DNA of 64,000 nucleotides, from assembly GCA_965199495.1 (NCBI GenBank), contig CBDASK010000003.1:2528001-2592000 (forward strand), given 5' to 3'. A model generated the notes under the pieces. The model worked only from the letters and a program-made list of their open reading frames with translations, was not told where the DNA came from and ran no database searches. The stretch comes from Abditibacterium sp. (GTDB lineage Bacteria; Armatimonadota; Abditibacteriia; Abditibacteriales; Abditibacteriaceae). Numbering within the stretch: the first letter of the stretch is position 1; each line of letters opens with the position of its first letter. A program made the translations under genes and the position numbers. Below are positions 49,364-58,914 of the stretch, one piece after another.

Positions 49364-49783
49364 ATGAAACCAATTACCGTAAATTACACCGGAGACTTAC
49401 ACTGCGAAGCCTTACATCCCGATTCGGGCAGCACGCTTTCGACCGATGCGCCCAAAGATAATCAAGGCTTGGGCGAAGCGTTTTCGCCGACCGATTTGCT
49501 GGCGACGGCTTATGCGACGTGCGTGATGACGATTTTAGCGTTGCTGGCGCGTCGCCTGGATGTCGAAATGGCGGGCGCGACCGCGCGCGTTGACAAGCAG
49601 ATGAGCGCGGATTCGCCGCGCCGCATTGTGGCGTTGCCTTTGACGGTTACGATTCCGGCGATGCCATCGGACGAGAATCGCCGAAAATTAGAACAAGCCG
49701 CGCTGACGTGTCCCGTTCATCATTCGCTGCATCCGAGCATTGATAAAACGATCACGTTTCAATGGGGCGCGGCACAAGATTGA
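49364..49783 (+). CDS. OsmC-family protein
   Basis: TDAPKDNQG.GEAFSPTDLL..A...C, CPVHHSL. Confidence 0.9.
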   Translation: MKPITVNYTGDLHCEALHPDSGSTLSTDAPKDNQGLGEAFSPTDLLATAYATCVMTILALLARRLDVEMAGATARVDKQMSADSPRRIVALPLTVTIPAMPSDENRRKLEQAALTCPVHHSLHPSIDKTITFQWGAAQD

Positions 49784-49834
49784 TTGGCCTCGTTTTTTGT
49801 GGCGCGCGATTTGAACACAGGAACACCGATAAAA

Positions 49835-50326
49835 ATGGGAAAAATCAACTGGAAACAAGTCGGCGCGGGCGTCACGGCGGGCGCGCTGGCGGGCGTGGCT
49901 GGAAGTCTGGCTCTCGCGCTGACAGATATTATCGAACGCAAATACGTCAATCAATCCGATTCGGCGGCTTCCGAAAAAACGGCGGACGCGCTGGGTTTGA
50001 GCGACAATCCCAAACCCGAAACCGGCTGGGCGTCACACGTAAAACATTTCGGTTATGGCGCCGTGGCTGGTGCGATTCGCGGCGGTGTTTTGGCGCTGGG
50101 TTTTACTGGCATTCCCGGCAAATTGATTTATTGGGGCACGACGGCTTTGAGCGCCAAAACAATTTTGCCCGCGATTGGACTCAAGCCACGCTTGGAAAAG
50201 GCGCCGCCCAATTTGTTCGCCAACATCGCGCATCATGTGATTTATGCGGCGGTTTCCGTAGTGGTTCTGGGTTTGTTCAAACGGTTCACGCCGTTCGATC
50301 CCGAAGTGAATGAAGACAATGCTTAA
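49835..50326 (+). CDS. Hypothetical membrane protein (DUF1440-like)
   Basis: G..AG..AG helix, HFGYG, HHVIY. Confidence 0.6.
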   Translation: MGKINWKQVGAGVTAGALAGVAGSLALALTDIIERKYVNQSDSAASEKTADALGLSDNPKPETGWASHVKHFGYGAVAGAIRGGVLALGFTGIPGKLIYWGTTALSAKTILPAIGLKPRLEKAPPNLFANIAHHVIYAAVSVVVLGLFKRFTPFDPEVNEDNA

Positions 50327-50400
50327 GTGTTGAGGGCGCAAGCCCCGCAACGGTTTGCAATTTCAAACTGCGCCCGCAATTTGCAAGTTGGCGCCGCGCT

Positions 50401-51360
50401 ATGAAAGCTATTATCGTTCAAGAATTCGGTGGCCCCGAAACCCTGCAACTCCAAACCGTTCCCGATCCCAAACCGCAAAATGGCGAAGTCGTCGTCCGCT
50501 TGCACGCGGCGGGCGTTAATCCCGTCGAGACTTATCAACGCGCGGGCACGCCGCCCTATAACGGCGAGTTGCCGTTTACGCCCGGCTCCGATGGCGCGGG
50601 CGTCATCGCCGCGATTGGCGAAGAAGTTCACGATTGGAAAATCGGTGACCGCGTTTATGTTTATGCGCCGCGCGGGGCGGGCACTTATGCCGAAATGATC
50701 GCCTGCAAATCCAGTCAGGTTCATCGTTTGCCCGATAACGTTTCGTTCGAGCAGGGCGCCGCCATCGGCGTGCCCTATGCGACGGCGCACCGCGCATTAT
50801 TTGGAAAAGCCCATGCCAAAGGCGGCGAAGTCGTGTTTATTCACGGCGCTTCGGGCGGCGTCGGCACGGCGGCGATTCAACTGGCCAATCGCGCTGGACT
50901 CAGCGTGGCTGGTAGCGCGTCCGATGAAGAATTCATCGAAAAAGTCGGCGCGAAATATACCTTTAATCACAATGTCGAAGGCTATATGAGCGACGCGCTG
51001 GGCGCGACCTGCGGGCGCGGTTTTGACATTATTTTGGAAATGCTCGCCAACGAAAATTTGGCTCGCGACCCCGACGTTTTGGCGCCTTTCGGGCGTATTG
51101 TCGTCATCGGTAATCGCGGAGAAGCGACGATTAATGCGCGCGATTGGATGGGCAAAGATGCAACCGTCATGGGCATGACGTTGTTTAACGTGACCGGCGC
51201 GCAGTTGCAGGAAATTCACGCCGATTTAATTGACGGTTTGCAAAGTGGCCAACTGCGCCCGATTATCGCTCAAACCTTTAAATTGGAAGACGCCGCCAAC
51301 AGCCACGTCGCCGTGATGGAAGGCGAATCGCACGGCAAAATCGTGTTGACGATAGAGTAA
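50401..51360 (+). CDS. NADPH:quinone reductase (zeta-crystallin-like MDR)
   Basis: FGGPE, AAGVNP, PFTPGSDGAG, HGASGGVG, GKIVL. Confidence 0.92.
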   Translation: MKAIIVQEFGGPETLQLQTVPDPKPQNGEVVVRLHAAGVNPVETYQRAGTPPYNGELPFTPGSDGAGVIAAIGEEVHDWKIGDRVYVYAPRGAGTYAEMIACKSSQVHRLPDNVSFEQGAAIGVPYATAHRALFGKAHAKGGEVVFIHGASGGVGTAAIQLANRAGLSVAGSASDEEFIEKVGAKYTFNHNVEGYMSDALGATCGRGFDIILEMLANENLARDPDVLAPFGRIVVIGNRGEATINARDWMGKDATVMGMTLFNVTGAQLQEIHADLIDGLQSGQLRPIIAQTFKLEDAANSHVAVMEGESHGKIVLTIE

Positions 51361-51421
51361 CGATGGAAATTTCTGTCCGCTAACTTTCCTCATTTTTATG
51401 TAAAATAGAAGTGAAATTACT

Positions 51422-53059
51422 ATGCCTGCCGCTGCCATTCCCGATGTTGAGGCGCAGAGAATTGTCGCGCTCGAACGTTATGGCATTCTCGATACTCTGC
51501 CCGAAATCGAATATGATGATCTGACTTTGTTGGCCTCGCAGATTTGCGAGACGCCGATTTCGTTGATTTCTTTGGTCGCATCGGAGCGGCAGTGGTTCAA
51601 GTCGCGTCGGGGATTTGAATCCGCAGAGTCGCCGCGCTCGATTTCTTTTTGCGCGCACGCCATTCACGATGAAAAACTGTCGGAAGTGCCCGATGCCACG
51701 CTCGATGCGCGTTTTCTCGATAACGAGTTGGTAACGGGCGAGCATCATATCCGGTTTTACGCGGGCGCACCTTTAATCACGCCCGATGGCTTGAAATTGG
51801 GCACGCTTTGCGTTATTGACCGCAAACCGCGCGAATTATCCGACGCGCAACGCGAGGCTTTGAGCGCGCTGGCGCGCCAGGTCGTGGCGTTGCTCGAACT
51901 GCGTCGTAGCATTAAACAACTCGAAATCAGCAATCGCGAATTGAAAAATCAACGCGAAGAATTTCGCGGTTTCATGGATAACAGTCCCCTCGTCGCGTTT
52001 AGTAAAGACCGCGCGGGGCGCTTTATTTACGGCAATAAAACTTGGGAAGAGAGCTTTGGTTTTTCTTTTGCGCAACTCCAAGGGAAAACCGATTTCGAGT
52101 GGTTGCCAACCGAAGTCGCCGCCACAGTTCGCCAGAACGATATGCTGGTATTAGATGAAAATCGCGTGATTCAGGTGATCGAGCGCGTGCCTACGCCCGC
52201 CAATCCGACGTGTGAATGGTTGGTTTTCAAGTTTCCCATCGGGCATGGCCAAGAGGTGCGCTTGGGCGGCGTGGCTCTTGATTTGACCGAGTTGCGGCGC
52301 GCCGAAAAACTCAAAGACGAATTCGTCGCCGTCGTCTCGCACGAACTGCGCACGCCGCTCACCGCCTTGCGCGGTTCGCTGGGATTGCTCGATAATCAGG
52401 TCGCCGGAGTTTTGCCGAATAGCGCGCGCGAAATGGTGCAGTTAGCGCTCAAAAACGCCGAGCGTTTGAACTTGCTCATCAACGATTTACTCGACATCGA
52501 GAAAATCGAAAGCGGCCCGCTCCGCTTTGAAATGGCCGAAATCGATCTGGAAAAACTGTTGCATTCCGCCATCGAACTCAACGCGAATTACGCGTCGCCC
52601 TTGGGCGTGCAACTCGAATTGGAACCTTTGGCGCCCGCGCTGCAAGACGCTCTGGTCGTGGGCGACGAAGCGCGTTTGCAGCAAGTGCTATCAAATTTGC
52701 TTTCCAACGCCGCTAAGTGGACGCCCAAGGGCACAACCGTAAAATTGCGCGCGCAAATCGCGCCCGATTCGACGCCCGCCAACCCGCGCGTTCTCATCGA
52801 AGTTCAGGACGCCGGGCCGGGCGTGCCTGCCGAATTTGAGGCGCATATCTTCGAGCGTTTCTCGCAGGCCGACAGCAGCGCGACCCGCGAAAAAAGCGGC
52901 ACCGGATTGGGTTTAGCGATCAGTCAGGCGATTATCGCCCAGCACGGCGGCGTCATCGCCTACCGCGCGCCCGACGTGGCTGCGGGCTGCGTTGGCGCGA
53001 CGTTTGGTTTCGAGTTAGCGGCGAATTTGGGGGATGATTCGGTTGGCGCGAGTTTGTAG
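51422..53059 (+). CDS. Cytoplasmic GAF-PAS sensor histidine kinase
   Basis: GAF (RQWFKS, SFCAHAI, IRFYAGAPL), PAS, SHELRTPL, NLLSNA, D.GPG, GTGLGL. Confidence 0.92.
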   Translation: MPAAAIPDVEAQRIVALERYGILDTLPEIEYDDLTLLASQICETPISLISLVASERQWFKSRRGFESAESPRSISFCAHAIHDEKLSEVPDATLDARFLDNELVTGEHHIRFYAGAPLITPDGLKLGTLCVIDRKPRELSDAQREALSALARQVVALLELRRSIKQLEISNRELKNQREEFRGFMDNSPLVAFSKDRAGRFIYGNKTWEESFGFSFAQLQGKTDFEWLPTEVAATVRQNDMLVLDENRVIQVIERVPTPANPTCEWLVFKFPIGHGQEVRLGGVALDLTELRRAEKLKDEFVAVVSHELRTPLTALRGSLGLLDNQVAGVLPNSAREMVQLALKNAERLNLLINDLLDIEKIESGPLRFEMAEIDLEKLLHSAIELNANYASPLGVQLELEPLAPALQDALVVGDEARLQQVLSNLLSNAAKWTPKGTTVKLRAQIAPDSTPANPRVLIEVQDAGPGVPAEFEAHIFERFSQADSSATREKSGTGLGLAISQAIIAQHGGVIAYRAPDVAAGCVGATFGFELAANLGDDSVGASL

Positions 53060-53060
53060 A

Positions 53061-53107
53061 ATTTTCCCTCACCCGCCTGAACCGTGCGAAGGCGGGTGAG
53101 GGAAAAT
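53061..53107. repeat. Hairpin of the CCCTCACCCG family
   Basis: Perfect 18-bp stem ATTTTCCCTCACCCGCCT / AGGCGGGTGAGGGAAAAT. Confidence 0.8.
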
Positions 53108-53109
53108 GT

Positions 53110-53249
53110 GATATAGCTCTTCATAGTGAGAAGGCTACACCGGCGGGGCTGACGCCCTCTTCCAATCAGCGCGCTTTCGAGGAACTCCGCTGATTGGAAG
53201 AGGGCGTCAGCCCCGCCGGTGTAGCCTTCTCACTATGAAGGGCTATATC
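53110..53249. repeat. Long near-perfect palindrome (62-bp arms) between convergent genes
   Basis: Arms 53110-53171 and 53188-53249 with a single mismatch and a 16-nt loop. Confidence 0.95.
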
Positions 53250-53255
53250 TACACG

Positions 53256-54278
53256 TCAATCCACGTTTCCCACGTAAATCGTCGCGCCACTCGCTAACTT
53301 TTCATCCGTCGCCGCCGCGACAATCGCGCGCGCGAACTCGGCGACATCGGGCAATTGGCCCGCCTGCTCGCGCCGCGTTTCGATGATGCCGCGTTGCGCG
53401 CGCTCCAACAATTTCGGCGTGATCGTGCCCTCAATCATATCGCCGCTGACGACGACCAGACTTACATCTTGCGCGGCGAATTCGTCCATTTTGGCGCGTA
53501 ACGCGTCTTCGCCCGCGCGCTTGCTGGCGGCGACGGGCGCGTAAATTCCGTCCATTGGTTTGTCATGGAAAAAGTGTGCCAGATGACTCGTCACGAAAAC
53601 GATGCGCCCCCCATGCGCCATCAACGGCAACGCGGCCTCGACCAAACGGACTTGCGCGGTCAAATTCAATTGCATCGCGTAATCGGGCGCGACGCCTTTC
53701 TCCAATCCGCCGCTCGCGTTGAGAACTAAATAATCGAGCGTGCCCGCCGCGCGCACGACGTTCATCATCGCTTCAATGTCGGCGGCACGGGTGATGTCGG
53801 CGGGCGCCAAAGAGGCGCGTCGCCCGCAAGCAGCCACGGCGTCGGCGACGGCCTGCGCGCGCGGCGCTTTGCTGCGATAGTTGATGACGACATCGGCGCC
53901 GCTGTGCGCCAATTGGCGCGCGACTTCGGCACCCACGCCGCGCGATGCGCCCGTCACGAGCGCGAGTTTTGTTGCGGATTTATTCATAATTTCTTGCGCT
54001 TTTGCGCGCTGCCAAATCTCGTCCGCCGTGAACAAAATCCCGCGCGCGGCTTCTTCGCGCGCCAAACCTCGAAGCCACAAACAATTGCAGGCTTCGAGGT
54101 TTGGCGTCCACCGCTCGTCGAGCAGTGCCGACAACGCGAAATTGCCGCCCGCCGATCCGTGACAAACGCCTTCAGCCAGCATAATCGGGTCGTTGCCATT
54201 TTCGCCGGGCCAATGAACCGCGACTTCGTAGGGCCACACGCCGCGTTTATTCTCGCCAATAGTTTGGTATTTATCCAT
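53256..54278 (-). CDS. Short-chain dehydrogenase (53256-53987) with an in-frame N-terminal domain of unknown function
   Basis: TGASRGVG, LVLNASGG, FVTSH, VAASK; no stop between ATG 54278 and ATG 53987. Confidence 0.8.
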   Translation of the reverse strand: MDKYQTIGENKRGVWPYEVAVHWPGENGNDPIMLAEGVCHGSAGGNFALSALLDERWTPNLEACNCLWLRGLAREEAARGILFTADEIWQRAKAQEIMNKSATKLALVTGASRGVGAEVARQLAHSGADVVINYRSKAPRAQAVADAVAACGRRASLAPADITRAADIEAMMNVVRAAGTLDYLVLNASGGLEKGVAPDYAMQLNLTAQVRLVEAALPLMAHGGRIVFVTSHLAHFFHDKPMDGIYAPVAASKRAGEDALRAKMDEFAAQDVSLVVVSGDMIEGTITPKLLERAQRGIIETRREQAGQLPDVAEFARAIVAAATDEKLASGATIYVGNVD

Positions 54279-54388
54279 ATTCTTATTACGGATCGTAAAT
54301 CGGTTTGGACGCGCGCTTGCTATCACAAAGGCGAACAAAAAAGGAAAAGTCGCTTTTGCAACGTCACAACCCATTAGAAAGATACGAA

Positions 54389-55786
54389 TTGCCGTGGATC
54401 CAAGTCTGCCACAACGCGCCCTACTTTCAGGACGAAACTGGAAAACCTTGGACGCCCATCGGCCAAAACGACGCCATTACCTGGCCCGATTTCGCTGGAG
54501 CTTTTCGCCGCCGCGACCTCAACTCGGTTGAAGAACATCTGAAATTTTTGGCCGATCACGACGTGAATTGCCTGAGATTGATGCTGGAATATTGCCAGTC
54601 GCCGCATCGCACGCTGGAAAAGCCGGTCGGTCGTTTCGTGCCCAATATGGTGCGATTGTGGGACGATATTTTCGCCTTATGCGAAAAATATGGCATCCGC
54701 ATTTTGCTGACGCCTTACGACACGTTCTGGATGTGGATTCGTTGGGATAAGCATCCCTATAACGAAATTAACGGTGGAATTTGTGACAGTCGTAATCGCT
54801 GGCTTTTGGAGCCGCGAATGCGCGACGCGATGAAAGCGCGTCTCGAATTTGCCACTGCGCGTTGGGGTGGTAGCGGCGCGTTGTTCGCGTGGGACATCTG
54901 GAACGAAGTGAACCCGGTGCACGCGCAGAACTCAACCGAACCGTTTTGGGAGTTCGTCTCCGACATCAGCGACTTTTTGCGCGCAACCGAAATGCGTTTG
55001 CATGGCCGCGCGCATCCGCAAACGATGTCCACTTACGGTATGCCCTCCGATTTCGACGCGGGCATGACGGCGGCGATTTACCATCATCCGGGTTTGGATT
55101 TCGCCAGCGTCCATTTTTACGAGCGCCCGGCAATTGACAACCCGAAAAACACGGTGGACAGCGCAGTTTTGGTCGGCGCCATGACGCGCGAGGCATTGGG
55201 AGAAATTCGTGACAATCGTCCGTTTTTCGATTCGGAACACGGCCCAATTCACACGTTCAAAGACAAAAAGAAAACATTGTCCGAAGCGTTCGACGACGAG
55301 TATTTTCGCCATTTTCAGTGGGCACATTTCGCGAGCGGCGCCGTCGGCGGCGGGATGCGCTGGCCCAATCGCCACCCGCACGTTTTGACTTATGGTATGC
55401 GCGCCGCCCAGAAATCGCTCGCCGATTTTTTGCCGCTCATCAACTGGAACGATTTCAAGCGCCGCAATCTCAATTGCGAAATCGAAATTGACCCCCAGAA
55501 TTGCACCGTCTGCGCCTGTGGCGACGAAAATCAAGCGGTTGTTTGGCTGTTGCGTCTGGATATTACCGGCAAAAACGGTCTGCTGCAACCAGCAGCCACG
55601 CCGACGGTGTTGAATCTCAAAGTGCCCGGTTTAGCGCGCGGCAATTATAGAGTGACGGCGTGGAACACGACGCAGGGCGTGCCCGTGGCTGCATTCGAGG
55701 CCGCGTCCGATGGCGAAGTCTTACAACTTGAAACGCCGCCATTTGCCCACGATTTGGCGCTGGCGATTAGGCGGATCGGCGACTGA
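54389..55786 (+). CDS. Clan GH-A (GH5-like) glycoside hydrolase
   Basis: APYF..E.G, AWDIWNE, SVHFY, DSEHGP; start uncertain. Confidence 0.7.
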   Translation: MPWIQVCHNAPYFQDETGKPWTPIGQNDAITWPDFAGAFRRRDLNSVEEHLKFLADHDVNCLRLMLEYCQSPHRTLEKPVGRFVPNMVRLWDDIFALCEKYGIRILLTPYDTFWMWIRWDKHPYNEINGGICDSRNRWLLEPRMRDAMKARLEFATARWGGSGALFAWDIWNEVNPVHAQNSTEPFWEFVSDISDFLRATEMRLHGRAHPQTMSTYGMPSDFDAGMTAAIYHHPGLDFASVHFYERPAIDNPKNTVDSAVLVGAMTREALGEIRDNRPFFDSEHGPIHTFKDKKKTLSEAFDDEYFRHFQWAHFASGAVGGGMRWPNRHPHVLTYGMRAAQKSLADFLPLINWNDFKRRNLNCEIEIDPQNCTVCACGDENQAVVWLLRLDITGKNGLLQPAATPTVLNLKVPGLARGNYRVTAWNTTQGVPVAAFEAASDGEVLQLETPPFAHDLALAIRRIGD

Positions 55787-55795
55787 ATCGTAAGC

Positions 55796-56455
55796 TCACG
55801 CCGATTGGCAACAGCCTTCTTCGCGCACGCAACGACAGGCCACGACGCCCATCAACGCGCCTAAAACCGGAGCCACCAGATAAATCCACAAACTTGCCAG
55901 ATGAAGCGAAACCAACGCCGGAGCCAGCGAGCGTGCCGGGTTCATCGAAGCGCCGCAAATCGGGCCAGCAAACAACGCTTCCAAACCAATGACCGCGCCC
56001 ACGACAATGCCCGCTGTAATGCCTTTTTCTTTGGCGCCCGTCGAAACGCCCAAAATAACGAACATCAAAATCGCGGTCAGAATCCATTCCAAAACGAAAG
56101 ATTGACTGCTCGAACCGGCGGGCAAAGTGCGGCCCAACGTGAGATTGGTGGGAAATAGAAACCGCAGCATAAGGCTGGCTGCCAGAGCGCCCAGACATTG
56201 ACTGAGAATATAAGGCGCTACCAGGCGCGACTGGAACCGCCGCGCCGCCCAAAAACCGAGGGTCACGGCGGGATTGAGATGCGCGCCGGAAACCTCGCCC
56301 AGCGTGTAAATCATCGCCAGCACGATCAGCCCGAAAGTTAGAGCCACGCCGACGTGAGACACCGCGCCGCCATTAACATCGTTAGTGACGATGGCGCCAG
56401 TTCCGGCAAAGACCAGACAAAAAGTGCCGATAAACTCGGCGGCAAACTTTTTCAT
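55796..56455 (-). CDS. MIP-family aquaporin with a Cys-rich tail
   Basis: AEFIGTF, SGAHLNPAVT, GASMNPARS. Confidence 0.93.
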   Translation of the reverse strand: MKKFAAEFIGTFCLVFAGTGAIVTNDVNGGAVSHVGVALTFGLIVLAMIYTLGEVSGAHLNPAVTLGFWAARRFQSRLVAPYILSQCLGALAASLMLRFLFPTNLTLGRTLPAGSSSQSFVLEWILTAILMFVILGVSTGAKEKGITAGIVVGAVIGLEALFAGPICGASMNPARSLAPALVSLHLASLWIYLVAPVLGALMGVVACRCVREEGCCQSA

Positions 56456-56519
56456 GCGGCCATTAATTTAACCGATTCAAAGGGAGCGCGCATTGTGTTC
56501 CCGTTGATTTCAATCAATT

Positions 56520-58016
56520 CTAATCTTGCGCGGGCAAATCTAACTCAACTTCCAATCCTCCATTTTCGACATTGCGCGCGCTGACTTTTCCGCCGTGTGC
56601 GCTGATGGCGCGCTGCACAATCGCCAGACCCAGACCGGCGCCGCCGCTCTGGCGGTCGCGAGCTTCTTCGACGCGGAAAAATGGCTCGAAAATGCGTTCG
56701 AGCGTTTCTGGGGGCACGCCCGCGCCAAAATCGCGCACGCGGATGAGGGCGCCGCTCGCGCTCGCTTCGAGCGCGATTTCGACCGCCGTGTTTTCGGGCG
56801 TGTGGCGTAGCGCGTTGCGCACCACGTTTTCGATGGCCGAACCCAATAACGTGCGCTCGCCCTGCATTGAAAAATCATCGGCGCGCCCCAGTTCGACGCG
56901 TTTGTTACACGTCTGCGCCTCGAAACGCGCATCGGCGGCGATTTCTTTGACCAATTCGGTCACGTTTACGCTCTCGAATTCGCCTTGACCACCGTTTTCC
57001 AGGCGCGTCAAATCTAATAGTTGGCCGATGAGCGCATCCAAGCGCCCAGTTTCGCGCGTGATGCGCTCGAAGGCGGGCATAAATTCGGTGCCCGCCGCGC
57101 CGCTTTCGATTTGGCGACGACCCAGCGCGCCCGCCATGCGCAGGCGCGCCAATGGCGAGCGCAGTTCGTGCGAAATATCGCCCAAAAGTTGGCGCTGGCC
57201 CTCGACTAAATTCTCGATGCGGCCCGCCATAATATCGAAATCGCGGCCCAAGTCGCCGACTTCGTCGCGGCGCCCGTTGCGATTGGCGCCGGTGCGCGCC
57301 GCCAAATCGCCCGCCGCCAATTTTTGCGTGGCATTGCGAAGCGTTATCAGTGGCGCCGTCAGATAGCGCACCAAACCCCAGCAGACCAGCCCCGACAAAA
57401 CCAGAGCCACGGCGCCGCCGATGAGTTGGGTGCGCGCTTTGGTGGCGGGCCGTCCCGATTCGGGGAGGGGCAGGTCAGCGACCAAAATGTAGTTGACGCC
57501 GCTTTCGCTGGTCTCGCGCACCGCCGCGACGACGCGCGCGTTAAATAACTCGAAAACCGGTTGTCCACCCGCGCTCGCCTGCTTCACCATTTTTTCAAAG
57601 CGCGCGCGCGCTTTGGCAACGGTGGCGTCATCGGCAAAGCGCGATTCTATCGCGGGCAAGTTAAAAGTGCGCGAGTTGTCCGCGCCCAGCGCCGAGCGAT
57701 TATCCGGCGCATCCGCATCATCTATGTTCGCGGCGGGGCGCCCCAGCTTTTGGCCGTTGGCATCGAGCAAACGCAGACGAACTTTGCCGCCGCGTTGCGC
57801 ACTGCGCAAAGCCGTGCGCAACGCGGGCGCGCCGCCGCGTTCCCATTCCGAGACCATCACGGTCGCCGTGGCTCCCAACGCCGACGCGGTGTTTTTGCGC
57901 CATTCGAGCGGCATCGGTTCGGGCCGCGTGGTCAAGACGACCGTATAAAGCGCCAGCCCGATGAGAATCATCGCGCCCCAGAACCAACCGAAAATTTTCC
58001 AAAAAAGACGGGGCAT
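56520..58016 (-). CDS. CpxA-like membrane sensor histidine kinase
   Basis: RLFWKIF..FW, HAMP, DISHELRSPLARL, ENVVRNA, D.G.G, GAGLGL; start taken at ATG 58016. Confidence 0.9.
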   Translation of the reverse strand: MPRLFWKIFGWFWGAMILIGLALYTVVLTTRPEPMPLEWRKNTASALGATATVMVSEWERGGAPALRTALRSAQRGGKVRLRLLDANGQKLGRPAANIDDADAPDNRSALGADNSRTFNLPAIESRFADDATVAKARARFEKMVKQASAGGQPVFELFNARVVAAVRETSESGVNYILVADLPLPESGRPATKARTQLIGGAVALVLSGLVCWGLVRYLTAPLITLRNATQKLAAGDLAARTGANRNGRRDEVGDLGRDFDIMAGRIENLVEGQRQLLGDISHELRSPLARLRMAGALGRRQIESGAAGTEFMPAFERITRETGRLDALIGQLLDLTRLENGGQGEFESVNVTELVKEIAADARFEAQTCNKRVELGRADDFSMQGERTLLGSAIENVVRNALRHTPENTAVEIALEASASGALIRVRDFGAGVPPETLERIFEPFFRVEEARDRQSGGAGLGLAIVQRAISAHGGKVSARNVENGGLEVELDLPAQD

Positions 58017-58021
58017 GGAAT

Positions 58022-58140
58022 GTAAGGGACAGGGGACAAGGAGCAGGGAACAAGGAATTATAAGAGCGCAGGGCATCGCGCTCGCGTTACCTGCGACGGT
58101 TTTAACCTTGTCCCTTGTCCCCTGCTCCTTGTTCCTTTAC
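58022..58140. repeat. Palindrome with 7-nt periodic arms (AAGGGAC-type) inside the two-component operon
   Basis: Left AAGGGAC AGGGGAC AAGGAGC AGGGAAC AAGG; right (reverse complement) AAGGAAC AAGGAGC AGGGGAC AAGGGAC AAGG. Confidence 0.85.
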
Positions 58141-58854
58141 GGGCGGCAACGCGTAAATATAACCGACGCTGCGCACGGTTTTGACGCGTTCGGCGTCGTT
58201 GGGGTAGGGGCCAATTTTGCGACGCAAACGCGAAATATGAGTGTCAACGCTACGGTCAAAGGCGCTGAGTTGGCGATCCAAAATGCGCTTGGAAATCGTC
58301 TCGCGCGTCACGATTTCGCCCGCCGATTGCGCCAAAAGCGTCAACAAATCGAATTCGACGGCGGTCAGGTTGAGCTTGTGCCCATTGCATCGGGCTGTGC
58401 GCGCTCCGCCATCAATAATTAAATCGCCAACGTTCAACAATTCGCGATTTTCGGTCGGCGCGGCAGGCGTTTCGCTGGCCGGGCGGGCGCGGCGCAAAAT
58501 CGCGCGCAAGCGGGCCACGAGTTCGCGTTCGTCGAACGGTTTGGGCAAATAATCGTCGGCTCCCACTTCCAAACCGACGATGCGATCCACGGCCTGACCG
58601 CGCGCCGTTAGCATTAGAACCGGCGTTTGTGCGCCCACACTGCCGCCGCCGCGCAACCGTTTCAAAACCTCGAAACCGCTGAGTTTCGGCAGCATCACGT
58701 CCAATAAAATCGCTTCGTAGTCGCCAGCACTCGCGCTCTCCAAACCCGACGCCCCGTCGTGTTGAGCCGAAACGCGAAAACCTTCGAGCGCGAGATATTC
58801 GCCGACCATTTCGCACAACTCGGTATCGTCGTCGATCATCAAAATCGGTTTCAT
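58102..58854 (-). CDS. CpxR-like OmpR-family response regulator
   Basis: IDDD, LLDVMLP, MLTARG, GADDYLPKPF, DRSVDTHISRLRRK, TVRSVGY. Confidence 0.93.
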   Translation of the reverse strand: MKPILMIDDDTELCEMVGEYLALEGFRVSAQHDGASGLESASAGDYEAILLDVMLPKLSGFEVLKRLRGGGSVGAQTPVLMLTARGQAVDRIVGLEVGADDYLPKPFDERELVARLRAILRRARPASETPAAPTENRELLNVGDLIIDGGARTARCNGHKLNLTAVEFDLLTLLAQSAGEIVTRETISKRILDRQLSAFDRSVDTHISRLRRKIGPYPNDAERVKTVRSVGYIYALPPVKEQGAGDKGQG

Positions 58855-58914
58855 CCGGTTAAGTATCGCGCGCCACCAAGCAGAAATGCGAAATCGTCAG
58901 AATTATTCACGTTA

